From: Eledone cirrhosa
Taxonomy: Eukaryota
DNA length: 64,000 nt
Reading direction: 5' to 3'
Assembly (NCBI GenBank): GCA_964016885.1
Contig: OZ024743.1
Location: 190,402,001-190,466,000 of the forward strand
Both the position numbers and the translations under genes were made by a program. Positions 49,609 through 63,033 of this stretch are shown here, piece by piece (within the stretch, counting starts at the first letter, position 1; every line of letters begins with the position of its first letter). The notes under the pieces are model-generated. The model searched no databases and was not told the origin of the DNA. It saw only the letters and a list, made by a program, of their open reading frames with translations.

Positions 49609-51903
49609 AAATAAAACAATTACCACAATAATATCAGCTTACGCACCCCAATCGGGGTTGCCAGACGAACTTAAGGATAGATTTTACGAGTCCCTAAGGT
49701 ACACTACTGCTCTAACAAACGACAATGACTTCCTAATCATCGCAGGAGATTTTAACGGACACGTAGGTAAACAATGTCACGGCTTCAATAGAGTCCATGG
49801 AGGCCATGAGGTTGGCACAAGAAATGAAGAAGGATGCATGGAAGAGTCATTATGATAGATTACTAAATGAGGAGAATGCATGGGAAGAAGAGACCCTACC
49901 CCAAGTAGACCCTATAGAGGGGCCAGCAGTACAAGTCAGCAGAAGCGTAGTAAGTAAGGCAATCAAAGATATGAAGATGGGAAGGCAACCGGTCCATCGG
50001 GTATAGCTGCCGAGATGCTGAAGACATCTGGGTCTGTAGGTCACACTATAATCACACGTATTGTTAACCAGGTAATACTAGAAGGTGTCATACCAAAAGA
50101 TTGGTGCAGTAGATTCATTGTCAACTGCTACAAAGGTAAAGGTGATGCACTAGATAGAGGAAACTATAGAGGTATAAAGCTGATGGGCCAGGTCATGAAA
50201 GTAACAGAAAGAGTTATAGCACAGTTGATTAGGGACCGGGTGAAACTAGATGAGATGCAATTTGGGTTTGTACCAGGAAGAGGCACCACTGATGCCCTCT
50301 TCCTTGTGAGGCACTTACAGGAAAAGTACCTAGCTAAAAGTAAGCCACTCTACCTGGCATTCGTCGATCTCGAGAAAGCCTTTGACAGAGTTCCACGTGC
50401 TGTAATCTGGTGAGTTCTTAGAAAACTAGGAGTAGATGAATGGCTTGTGAAAGCTGTACAAGGCATGTATAGGGGAGCAGTCAGCAAAGTTAGGATTAGC
50501 AATGAGTATAGCAAGGAATTTAGCGTACGGTTGGGGTTCACCAGGGCTCTGTTCTTAGCCCTCTCCTGTTCATCATAGTCCTGCAGGCAATAACGGAGGA
50601 GTTTAAGACCGGATGCCCGTGGGAACTCCTGTATGCTGATGACCTCCCACTTATAGCTGAATCTATGGTAGAACTAGAGAAGAAATTCCAAATTTGGAAG
50701 CAGGGACTAGAAAGAAAGGGTCTCAAAGTCAACATGACAAAGACTAAGGTCCTTGTAAGTAGACGAGAAAACAGAACCCAGATCCCCTCAGGGAAATGGC
50801 CTTGCCCAGTATGTAGGAAAGGTGTAGGTAGGAACTCCATTCTCCGCCCCAAATGCAAACAATGGGTACACAAGAGATGTAGCGGGATCTCAGGAAGCTT
50901 AATTAAGAATGTAGGCTTCACATGCAGCAGCTGTACTGGGACAGCAAGCAGCAAACAGCCACAGGAAACAAGTACCACCAGTCTCTGGGAGGGCTCTGTA
51001 GAGACAGTAGACAGCTTCTGCTACCTAGGTGACCGAAATAGCAGCGGAGGTGGGTGTTCAGAAAGTACAATAACTAGGGTAGGAACGGGATCGAAGAAGT
51101 TCAGGGAACTGCTACCACTGCTAGCTGCAAAAGGCTTCTCCCTCAGAATGAAAGGCAGACTGTATGATGCATGTATCCGAACAGCAATGTTACATGGTAG
51201 TGAGACCTGGGCGCTGAAGGTGGAAGACTTACGTAGATTAGAAAGAAACGAAGCCTGCATGCTCCGATGGATGTGTAATAGTAATATACGCGAACGACAA
51301 AGCATAAATTAATTGAGAGAGAGACTGATCATAAGAGGAATCAAATGCTGTGTGCAGGAAAGGCGGGTGCGTTGGTATGGACATGTGATGCGTATGAAGT
51401 ATGACAGCTGCATAAAAAGGTGCAGAGCACTAGAAGTCGATGGAAACTGCGGAGTGGAGAGACCCAAGTTGACTTGGGATGAGGTGATAAAAGCCGACCT
51501 TACCCAATTACACCTCTCAAAGGCGATGACACACGACCGTGACCTCTGGCGTCACGCAGTAATACAGAGTACCCGACCTCCCATGGGTACACGCTGAAGC
51601 ATATAGACAATATGCCCCCACAACCTCCCACTCTAAGGTGGTCGTGGAGGTGCCACAGCAAAATGCACCCAGCCCACACTGTAAAGTGGACGTGTAGGCG
51701 CCACGAAAAAGCACCCAGCACTCACTGTAAATGAGGTTGGTGTTAGGAAGGGCATCCAGCTGTAGAAATCAGGGCAAATCAGTTCCTGTATGAGCAAGGC
51801 ATGGTCAGCTGACCAGACACTGCCCACAACAGGACAACCCGTCTAACCCATGCTAGCGTGGAAGAAAAGACGTAAAACGATGATGATGATGATAATGATG
51901 ATG
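49609..51903 (+). mobile_element. RTE-clade LINE pseudogene: 5'-truncated and internally deleted APE, RT, PHD-like finger, (GAT)n tail
   Basis: SAYAPQSG..AGDFNGHVG..GTRNEEG (APE); YKGKGD..NYRGIKL..QFGFVPGRGTTDA..FVDLEKAFDRVP; HQGSVLSP; YADD at 50632-50643; CPVC..CKQWVHKRC..CSSC; LHGSETW; WYGHVMR. Stops and frameshifts present. Confidence 0.95.
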
Positions 51904-51952
51904 AATTGCTGGCCTTGTGCCAAAAGTTAAAACAATTATTAACACAATGAAA

Positions 51953-52175
51953 AGGACGGTGGAGAATCAGTGTTGCTAGAGCATCAAACAACAGGCTTTG
52001 TAGCATTTAGTTATGGTCCTTTACATTCTGAGTTCAAATCCTGCTGAAGTTAGCTTTGCTTTTTATCCTTACAAAGTCGATAACATAAAGTACCAGTAAT
52101 GCACTGGGGTCAATTTAATCGATTTTTCCTTCTCCAAAATTGTTTGCTTGTGCCTAAATAAAAAAATAAATTATT
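51953..52175 (+). mobile_element. tRNA-derived SINE, same family, more diverged
   Basis: GAGTTCAAATCC B box and the shared AAAGTACCAGTAATGCACTGGGGTCAATTT core. Confidence 0.8.
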
Positions 52176-52809
52176 AACACAATGAAAAAATAGGAATCAT
52201 CATCATTATTATCATACATCTGTTTTTCTGTGTTAGCATGGGTTGGACATATTCCTTCCAATACAGCATCCTTCCATTCATAGCATTCCTTCAGGATCTC
52301 TTCTATTAATTTCAGCGTTTTGACATCAGTTCAAACCATCTCTGCCAACGTTCTCCATGGTTTTCTATACTTTTAGAGATACAACATGCTCTGCTAATTA
52401 TGTCACGTAAATAAAAATCACTATGAACCAACTCTATGGTACTTTTGTTGGAATGGAAAAGGTTTGTTTTACTGCTTCTACTATTCCTGTGCACACACAA
52501 AGTCTATCTTTCCTGTTAGCCTGATTACAATCCCTTTACACTTTTTGTATATTGAGTACATCACATAGATTTTTACCCACAACGTTTCTATAAATCAAAC
52601 ACAGTCACTTCTTTGGTGGAATGTGTTTTGTCCTCTTCCTTACTTTCAAAGCTTTGGGTTTTGCAAGGTTTCCTCTTAGTCATTTTGATTCTTAATTCCG
52701 TTTCCCAAACAAATATTTTGTCTCAAGCTTTTCCACAGATCAGCTTTAAGAACAAAGTCATCAGCATACATAATTTTCCATGTATTGCCAATTCTCAAAG
52801 ATTATAATA

Positions 52810-53298
52810 AACAGGAGGGTGCTGATATTTGAGTTTGATGAACTTCAATACCTACATCCTACCAGTTGTGTTATATAGTCTTGACAGTGTTAATTGGATG
52901 ACAAGGTCACTTCAGAAGCTCTCTAGATTCCAGAACCACATCATGAGACTTATGACTGGCAAGCAGCTCAGAGACCGTATCTGTATCAGTGAGCTGCTCA
53001 ACATTACCAAACTTAGACCAACTACATCCATCGTAAAGTCAAGAATATTCAAACTATATGGTTATATAAAAAGATGAACTCGTGGTGTGTGTAGGTTATG
53101 CCTGGAAGGAAGGTTGGCTGGTTAGAGAAGCAGAGGCCAGCAGCAAAAACGATGGATTGATAATATCAACTTGTGGACTGGACTTGATATTTGCTCTTTA
53201 AACACTGCTGCTGGTGATCGAGCTTTGGGGAGAAAAATATCTCATGTTAATGCGCAGTCTGCAACTGGTGGAGTTTAGCATCAAAGTAAGTCAAAGTA
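52810..53298 (+). mobile_element. Decayed LINE 3' fragment (RTE-like C-terminus)
   Basis: FNTYILPVVLYSLDSVNW...KLYGYIKR...LEGRLAG*RSRGQQQKRWIDNI and a short repeat tail (AAAGTAAGTC). Confidence 0.7.
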
Positions 53299-54614
53299 AC
53301 TTTCACATGGAATTACTCATTAAACTCATTACTTACACTTTCTGTCCTGAAAGCACCTCTCTACATGCTTTGGACTGTTTTCACAAAACACTCATCTACA
53401 TCCAGTTTCCTTAAACATCACCAGATAAATGCTCTTGCTACCTTCTAAATGACTTTTCCGGAGTTACAAAAGTAGGTACACTCAGCTAGGTAATTCTCTT
53501 TTAGTTGTTTCACTTCAAGGAGTGCATCTGTGGTGAAATTCTAGCAGGAATGTTTTCAGCATCATCTATACAAATATTAAATTAGATTTTAGTAGATCTC
53601 CCAGGCAGGTTAAACTATATGATGACATTACAATATTTTTCTGAAAAGTCACTGACACTCTTGCAATCATAATTATCAAGACCAAATTATAAAGAATTAC
53701 ATATTTAAAAAATTAGGTTCTAATTCAGCAAAGAGAATGAAATAAGCCAGAGGCAGAACACGTTTCTGTTGAGATACTAAATGATGCATGTAAAACACTG
53801 TTTAGTGAATTGAAATGTGCCATTTAGTTACAGAAAGAAAACATCCTAATGGCATTTATCAGTGATTCACGAAGAAATTAAGATCATGGAAAATATTTAA
53901 TTCTGATGCCCAAGGGAAAATCTGATCTTTGTTAACATGGCATCAGCAATTTTACAATCGTTACTAAATATGCTTTCACACACATTCAAATGATCTGAAG
54001 AAATATCAACTGGAACTGACAGATTTATAAGATAGTTCAATATGTTATAATAGCTTTGTAACAAGATCTAATATGAAATATTGAATGAAGCTCAATGAGA
54101 AAAAAATGTATTATCAACAATCTTTTCACTGAATCAATGAAATGAATACTCACGATAAGAATATCCATGTTTAGTGAATTGCATTATTTTACCATTATTG
54201 AACATATCTGGGTGACAATTTACTTTCAAATAATTTGGAGAATTCAGCAAACCTTTCTTATCTACTGTTGGTTTTACATGAATGAATTCCTTTACTATTT
54301 TAGCAGTTAATGTGTATAAATAAAATGAAGTAAGCAAAGGTAAACAGAATTGTAAAATGATTCGAATGAATAGGGTTTTATATACCAAATACAAATCAAT
54401 CGATGGAATATAATCCTAGTGAATGGCAAAGTGTTAATAAGGAAGATTTTACATTCTAAAATTTTCAAAATTCTATTTGATACTTCAAAGTTTCTATATT
54501 TAGGATATACATTTAGACAGAAATGTGGTTTTCGAAAATATGTAAGTTAATGAGAAGTTTGTGAAGAAATGGGAGAACAAGTAGATGCAATTAACTACCA
54601 CATAGCATATCAAG

Positions 54615-54730
54615 AAGACACATAGCTTAATGGTTAGATAATCAGATTCACAATCGGGAAGTTGCGCATTTAATTCCCAGACCGGGTGATGTGTTATTTC
54701 CTTTAGCAAGACACTTTATTTCACTTTGTT
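54615..54730 (+). mobile_element. Degenerate tRNA-derived SINE head
   Basis: AGCTTAATGGTTAG A-box-like start and CCTTTAGCAAGACACTTTATTTCAC core-like motif. Confidence 0.5.
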
Positions 54731-55959
54731 CGTTCTACCAGAAGTCACACCGAGTGGATTGTATCAGCAATGGCTCACTGGACAAGCAAATTTGATCTGG
54801 GATCTTGTCGAATGCAGCACAAGAATCATACCAAATAAATTGGAAGTAAAATTGACAAGGGAATAAACAATTGGATTATTAACTCTTAGTTTAAATTAAC
54901 GATGAACAGTTTATTTAGTACTGCATATGCCAAATATACTTTGGTAAATAGGCAGGACATCTATTTCCTATTCTCACATGATTATTTTGTTTCAGCAGAA
55001 GACATTATCACATTCTGCAAGGATCCACAGAACTCACAAATATTCCTCTTTGCTTTCCTAATAGATATACCATAAGATCAGATAATTTTAAAGCATTTGT
55101 TAAAATGGTATGAAGTCAAAAGAAAAGAAATAAATACAATAACAGTTATAAATAAATAGAGAGATACTAACGAAAGAATCACAAAGGTCACATAGATAAA
55201 ATTAATATAATGCATCTACAGTTTTTGAGATGCTCTCCAAAAGTGATGCTTATCTATTTTCATTGACAAAAGTAAATCTTATAACATCATGTGCATATTC
55301 CCAACAGCTGAATATACTGACACAAGTGAAATTAACTGTACAATCAAAATACAATGTGTTTGCAATAGATTTAAACTACAGCCCTATGATGTTAGTCAAC
55401 AAAAACTAGACCATGGTACTAAATTACTAGCATTATGTAGTTATGTAGTTTCACTCCTAAACTGTCTTTGCATTGTTTCCACTGGGCTGGTTTGAGCCTT
55501 TCCTTTTTCTTCCAAGCTGATAATATGATTAAGTGATAGATAGTGTAACCAATTTTAGTCTACCCTACCTCTACCATGTACAAGTATAACTTTGCAAGTA
55601 TTGTCAATAAATAATGTTATTTTGTTTCCAGGTTCAAAACAGCTTCACAAAGGAATTGTCAATTTTAAATTCAATTATTTCACTAGCATTGTACATTGCC
55701 CTAGGTGCTATGCATAGAGTTGACAGTGGGGTGCCTAATTTATGGTTTTAAATCTTATTATGATCAAACACATTATCATTTATCATTGTCCTTCCCTGAG
55801 AGCAAAATTTGAAAGGGTCTTCACAGATTGAGTCAATACTCAAGTGGTGTCACCAAACATTCGGATTGGCTTGGGACCTGTACTTTGCTTACAAACATTC
55901 TCACACTCACCTGAGTGAATTTCAGCATTGTAGTAGCATTTAAGAGGTTGTCATGCCTT

Positions 55960-56080
55960 TGACAGAGTTGACCCTGTTTTAGGCAGATTTTCTATGGTTG
56001 GATGTGCTTCCTATCCCCAACCATGTTAAAATGTATACTGAGTGCATCTATCATGTAGATCACCAACACTAGGGAGGCTG
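55960..56080 (-). mobile_element. RTE-type 3' UTR fragment
   Basis: TTTCTATGGTTGGATGTGCTTCCTA..CCAACC is the reverse complement of the motif at 51735-51770. Confidence 0.55.
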
Positions 56081-57899
56081 TTATGACTTAGACACACCTT
56101 TTTTGTTCGATACTCAAACGGTAGCCTATTTGAAAGTAACATTTCTGCTTTATGACTGTGACTCAGTCCAAGGAACATGAAAACATGTGACATTGTGAAG
56201 AAAGTCGATTTAACTAGAAATCAGTTGATTCACAGACAGTCACATGTACAAACCACATTTTAGTTTTATATAATGAAATTGATTATCATGTTATTTTCTT
56301 AAACTAAAATGAATGTTACCAAGCATGTGGTTTATATCCATTAGTTGCTTGCATATTAACCCTTTCTTTTTGCTTAAAAAACATCTCAATTTATTCATAG
56401 ACAGTTCATTCAATTAATTCTTTTCATATAATTGTACCATTATATCATATGTTTTGAACTTTATATAACATTTAACTAAGAAATACTACAATAACTTTTT
56501 CAAGTTATTTTCAAAATCACAAATCTCATTATTAGTATCTGTAATAGTAGTTCATTAACATTATATTGAGAATGGTCATTCAATATTATGTCATTTTGCA
56601 GCATTAAAATTAATTCAGGACGTTGCAGCTGTTATAGAAGATTATTAATTAGAATATTCTTAAACAATGTAGTTATTTCTTTCTAAATCCACAGACCTCT
56701 AAACTGTCTCTAAGGTCATTGACAGATGTAAATCACAGGTTATTAAATTAAGATTATAGTCATCAATTCTTAATTGTAAAAAGTATTGCTTGACATTTTA
56801 ATTTCAGTTTCAGGTCAGGAGAATAAATTGAAGATTTGATTGGCTACATATTCTATTTTAATCAATTTCAATTTGTTTGCCCATTAAAAGGCAGAGTGGC
56901 TATGAGGATATACTGCTGAAATACTGATAGTAATTGTTGCTTCATGTCTCCTTTACCAAGCCAAATTCATGTTTTCTAAATTACAGCATGAACTGTTACA
57001 ATTAATAGTCAAATGGTTTCATATTAGCTGTAAATATAGTTGCCCAAACAATATTAAATTATCCAACTTTTGAAGTAGTTTCAAACATACAAGGTGTGGA
57101 ATAATAATGATAAAGGAATAGAAGGGGGGTGGTGCAATTCACCACCAAGTGCAATAATCGGATGCACCGCACATCTTAGGAGTTAACTAAACACTTTGAG
57201 GCAAGCCAACATGCTCACAGCATTACCACGTCTGATGGTGAGGCTAGGGCACTGAAATAACCAGGCACCTCACGGGCATCATTACTGTTCAATGAATTAT
57301 ATAGATGTGGATGTACAAAGAATAACAAATATAAATTCCATTTGAAAATATACAAATTTAATTGCTCATTAAAAATATATTTATATTTTTCATATTATTT
57401 TGTGAGCTTCATATTGTGTATTACTAGATATCCATGCTGAATTCTCATTTGTTGCTTTTTCAGTTACTCTGATAGGGAAAGGTCTGAATATCACAAAAAA
57501 CATATTACCACATTTAGTTAATTGTAATGATTACTTGTGAATGGGTACATATGATCATTAAAATTGAGAAGGGTATAATAAAATTGATCTGTATTCGTAT
57601 AATTTTCTTAACAACAATAGACAAAGAGCTAAACTTCAGGTACAGTGAATTTATTTCACAGATTCGATTCTTGCCTTTCAAGCTTTCAGAAACAAAATCG
57701 TTATACTCCAATTGAGTTTAATTAGAAATGTTTCGTCTTGAGAAAAATTAAATAATTTTACTGTTTCGGGAAAAATTAGAATGCTACCCCTTCCTTTCTT
57801 CAGTGATCTCTTGCCACGTTCTAGTCAAAAGGTTATCTACAACTCAACTGCACCTACTGTGATCAGGGAATGTGAGGCATCTTATGTTACATGGAACCA

Positions 57900-58225
57900 G
57901 CTTGGGCTCCAGCCTGTGAACATCCATTCCCCTCTCCACTCAGCAGAACATCAACCTGGTATATTTGACTACCATCCCAAGCTCTGCTGTTCGCCAGGCA
58001 AAAGAGTGTAAACTGTCCAAGTATCAGCCACACTCTAGTAGGTTTGTGGTAGAGATGGTATCAGTGGAGACCTCAGGCGTTTTTGGACCCTGGACCTCAT
58101 ACCTATCACTGCCATCAGAGTGGAGTTGGCTGCCTGAAATTGTGAGCCCTATGAGGCAGATTGGCTGTTCCAACGTGTCCCTCTTGCCATCCTTTAGGGC
58201 AATTTAATTTCCATCCTTTCAGCTA
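57900..58225 (+). mobile_element. CRE-like non-LTR retrotransposon C-terminal remnant
   Basis: AVRQAKECKLSKYQ....FVVEMVSVETSGVFGP followed by a QRV.LAI..GN-like motif, typical of CRE-clade restriction-like endonuclease ends. Confidence 0.65.
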
Positions 58226-59269
58226 GGAACAACAGGTGGGTGGGGGTAAGATAGATGGACGTGGAGGGTACACATATGGACTTCACACATATACACACAT
58301 ACTCAACACAGTAAAGTAATAAGTTGACTTGAATACTGTTCAAGAAAACATGCCTCCCCTCCTAACTTTCCTCACCCCATTGAATACCAATGCTGCAAGA
58401 AAAAATGAATGGATTCAGAGGGTCATATTGTTGTAGACAAGATGTTGATTACAGGGTGTACATCTCACAGGACAAATCTGAATATGGAATGGATTGACCT
58501 TTAAATGTCTTATAATATGATATTCCATTTGTGGATACTTGAGTCAATGGTATAATCTAGTATAAATGATTGGAGATGTAATTTGTATTTATTTAATAGG
58601 CTCCAAGATAATCCAAACATAAAGCAACGTATTTACATGGTGATTCTTTCTCTAATATTCTTTCTCGTCACTTTTATACCAATATCATTAGTATTAAGAA
58701 AAGTAAAGTTTGGGTGGAGGTGTGGAAGGATGCTTTTTGCCCAACTTTAAACAACAGGCTTATATGAGAAATGATTTAAAACTCATTGCGAGGTCTGACA
58801 TAACTAGAGTCACTAGTACAGACAAGCAGATGTTGCAATCAAGATATAGGCAAGGAATTCATGTCACAAAATGTTCTGTTCTATTGTCGACAGTAGAAGG
58901 AAAATGTGCAGTGTAACTGGAATTGAATTACCATCTTGTGAATGTTTCAGTGACACAAGTGCTGATGGTTACACTCATCCAGGATAATAGAGAATGGTCA
59001 TATACTGAATTTGTTGTCATACAATGTACCTGAAAAGCAGATAAATGGTCCCATGTACCCGGAATCAAATTATCATCTGGTGAACGACTGATTAACACAA
59101 GATGGTTACAAATAGCTATGATTCCTAGGGACTGATAACATAATGCATGTATCAATAAAGACATATTTACACAATCTAAAACTTCTCTTTAAGTCTAAAC
59201 TGCATCCAATAGACTTTATTCAAGCGCTAAGCACTTGAGCTGTATATGTCATATAGTACAGCTAAAGGC

Positions 59270-59600
59270 TCCACAAGTGATCTAAGTAGATGAGTTGAAC
59301 AATAGAAAAAGAAACATGATTACAATGTATAAGGTATTACATCCAAAATCAAATGTTAATAAGTTGCACATGAAATACTCATCTGGAAGAAGAGAGCTCA
59401 TAAATGATACAGATTGTGTTGAGAATGAGAGCTGGGCCATTTTTTTCCCACCTAATAAAGAAGAACTAAAGTCGTTAACATTATCTCTCTGCAACAATGA
59501 ACCTTCAAGAGAATGATAAAAATAAACAAGAAGTTTAAGAGATATGTCTCTGCAGGGAAAAGAAAGCAATGTTTGGAAATTCATGGCAAATTTGTGTGAC
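59270..59600 (+). mobile_element. R4/Dong-like LINE post-RT remnant
   Basis: RKRNMITMYKVLHPKSNVNKLHMKYSSGRRELI resembles the HPxSxxxRLYxxRxxGGRGL motif. Confidence 0.6.
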
Positions 59601-60817
59601 AAATATCTGAGTAAAAATATGACATCTGAGTTTAAACTATATTACCCTAAGAGTAAGCTCTGCATAGCTATAGCAGTGACTAAAGGCTAGAACTGACATC
59701 TGTGCAGAATTCATAAAGAAAGTGTCATTGATACATCGGCAACAAATCCAGCATGCTTTTGCCATATTGTGGGAACATGAGGACATATATTGCCACAGAC
59801 TTTACTCAAATAACTATCGCGCAAATACATCATTCACAAATCACTCTGATTGTGCTACAATAGTGACCACTATGCAGGGATCACCACAGTCTTTGATAGC
59901 ATTTATGATGCCACACATGTTTCACAGTCCTACATAATGTGAGGTCAAACTATGTGAAACCAAATCTCGGTTTCCTTATTAGCCCCTTCTCAGTTTAAAA
60001 CTAAATTTTATGATGACATATAACAATTTTTATCAACTGGAAATATCACCACACTTGCAGTTGCTCTTCTGGGCTCATGAGAATTGCCCCTGTGTATTTC
60101 GGAGAGAGGTTATTTTTATTTTGTCTTCCTGTAGCATATGAAACCTGAATTATTAAACGCACTTATTTTACTGATGCAGCTCTGTTAGGCAGAGGTTTTT
60201 TCCACCATCAGATAATTCATATATATGTCCTGCCTGCATGTAGTAGTTCCAATGAAAGAAGGAATGTTAAACATTTTTTCAGGATTTGCTTTTTATTTGT
60301 TGTTTCTTTTCCTAATTTCCTTCATTTTACACACGTTATGGATGTGTGCAGTTCTTTTACTCTTACTTCCATCATGTAAATTTACATATTTCGATATTAA
60401 ATGTGATGGCTTTTATTTAAGAGAGCATCTATGTTTCATTGTCATGTTTTCCATATTCATCATTTCATCATAACTTCATTCATTATTTTAAATGTATGTT
60501 CAAATATGTGAAGATTAAATAACTGCTCTGTTTCAAAGAGGTGTATTCTTGTTTTAGCTCTTAGTGTTTCCCTAGTAAAGATAACCATTTTGAAAATTAT
60601 TGTACACACAATACAATTCCGGAAGAAAATTAAAGTGGTGTTTAAAACAAATATTATGTCCTCTACATGTTTTAAAGTAAATGCATCAACGTTTCAAATA
60701 TCTCATGGTGTAAAATAATTCACAAAAGAAAGATTTCTAATCAGAAAAACGTGTTAAGAATCCAATTTCCTGAGAAAGGTCCTCGAGGCACTTCCCTCCA
60801 TAAAAGCACACAAACAT

Positions 60818-60906
<89 letters not shown>

Positions 60907-60907
60907 C

Positions 60908-60956
<49 letters not shown>

Positions 60957-61959
60957 CATACATATATATGTGTATGTATGCATGTGCATGTATGTAAATG
61001 TTTGTTTGTATAAACTGGTATAGATAAAGATAAAAGATAATTTCAAAAGCTTCCATCATAATAAACTGAAAACAAAAGTAAAAATAATGTAATTCCTGGA
61101 AAATGTTTACATAATATTTACTTGGGAAATAATAAGAATATTAAGAAGTAAAAGCAAATTAATTCAGTATATTTCTTGTAAGCTACCATTTTCTAAATGT
61201 ATAACAAACCTGGTTATATTATTCACATGTTCTAGTAAAATATTTGAAAATTTCCTCTTATTTCTTCTAGAATTTTCATAAGAGTTACTATCAACTTGAG
61301 CAAATTTCCATATAAATGTTTAGTAATGGCAAATATTTTATTGTCTCCTAATTGTACATTTTTACGTGTATACATATGTCTATATATATATATATTTATA
61401 TATATATAAATATATGTTTGTGTGTGTATGTGTGTGTGTATGTGTGATGTATGTGATGTTTTTCATAGTATTCCTTTCTTGAATTTCCTGTTTACACAAA
61501 CATTTACAGTTTAGAGGCATTGTAGCAAACTAAACAAATTTAAACAACTTACCAATGGGGTTTAGATCTAAATGCCAAATTACTGGTAGGGACAGGTTTT
61601 GTGGGTAGGTGAATGTCATCAGTGTTGGTTCTTGGACCCAGTCAAGTCTTCTCACCTATCTCTTTGCCAAATGTTAGTTAACAAAAGACAATGGGATTTG
61701 TCAATGTTGCTGTTTTCACTACTCCTTACAAATATTTGAAAACACCAATGTTTCAATGCGATTTTATTTCTGAAGCTCCATTCTTACAATAATGGTCTAA
61801 CTTAGGGATCCTACTGGACCAAGAAGGGGAATATTGAATGCCTTTGAGATGTAGACATACTGAAGAATTTTGTAGATGTCATTGACAGAACATAAAATCG
61901 ATGATGAAGTACTATTAAAGGGATAAAGATCCCATAAATCCTTGTGGAGTCGTAGAGGC

Positions 61960-62070
61960 ACTGTCATATGGCATGAATGACAAAGTTGACCATGGGGGGA
62001 TTTGAACACATAGCACGCAAAGAGGTGGGATGAATACCATAAAGCATTCTATCCGATGTCTTAACAATCT
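61960..62070 (-). mobile_element. Degenerate SINE head on the minus strand
   Basis: GGGATTTGAAC is a reverse-complement B box. AAAGCAT..TCCGATG.C.TAAC resembles the reverse complement of the SINE 5' part. Confidence 0.5.
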
Positions 62071-62609
62071 GAAGAACTAATGGAAACTAAAATACTTTTA
62101 AAATCTAATTAGAACAAACTCGTTTACAGAGGCTATTAATAGAAAGTAACATATATGGGAATAGGGGAACTGGAAAATGTAGGTGGATCCAATAATAAAA
62201 AAGAGATACTTATACGCAGCGAACATTTCCTGAATGCGTAAAAATGAAACAATGCTTGCATTTCTAATTTGAACAGTTAAAGCTTCTAAAATACAGAGAG
62301 GGAGCGGTGGAAATCATCTGATGTAATGATAAAATGTGGTCATCAAGAATATGAAACAGTCTTCCATCAATTCTTGCTGGCATTTCAGTCCCCAATTTTA
62401 CCTGACATATTCAACTATTATTTATTGTTCATATATAAATAATACATGTATTCAGACTGCTGGAAACACACGATCCCCGATGCTGATCTTATGATGATGT
62501 CAATGTGTGTGTGTTAGAGAAAGAAAGGTACATAGAGTAATAGGAAGTTTTATTTGCTTGAGTTTGTCAGACTCTCAGCCAAATGAGTAATAGCTCATAT
62601 CACTATCAA

Positions 62610-62878
62610 TGTGCAATGAAATCATTCTCCACGCACTTGTCCAGTATCTGTGCATTACTGATATCTGGAGTTATGTGGAACAACTGTTGTAGTATGGATC
62701 TAGTTACCGACCGAGTCCATAGTGAAGATTGCTCCGCCACCTTCTTTTTGCCAGGACGGGCAGGAAATTTTCCTCTATCTGGTGGCGAAAGCGGTTGTGT
62801 GTGGACCAGGTTGAAAGGACTGAAAACAGACATTTTTCTTTTTGGCCAATCTGTCATTGACTTTTGCAAGTTTCACTT

Positions 62879-62880
<2 letters not shown>
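62610..62880 (+). mobile_element. Internal fragment of the L1/Tx1-like family
   Basis: Aligns by eye with 43340-43612 (CACGCACT.GTCCAGT, TGGAGTTATGT.GAACAACT, GACCGAGTCCATAGTGAAGAT). Confidence 0.75.
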
Positions 62881-62935
<55 letters not shown>

Positions 62936-62962
62936 ATAGTAGTAGTAATAATAGTAGTAATT

Positions 62963-63001
<39 letters not shown>

Positions 63002-63033
63002 CTAGTAGTAGTAGTAGTTGTTGTTGATGTTGT
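62879..63033. repeat. (AGT)n microsatellite
   Basis: Direct reading. Confidence 0.97.
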
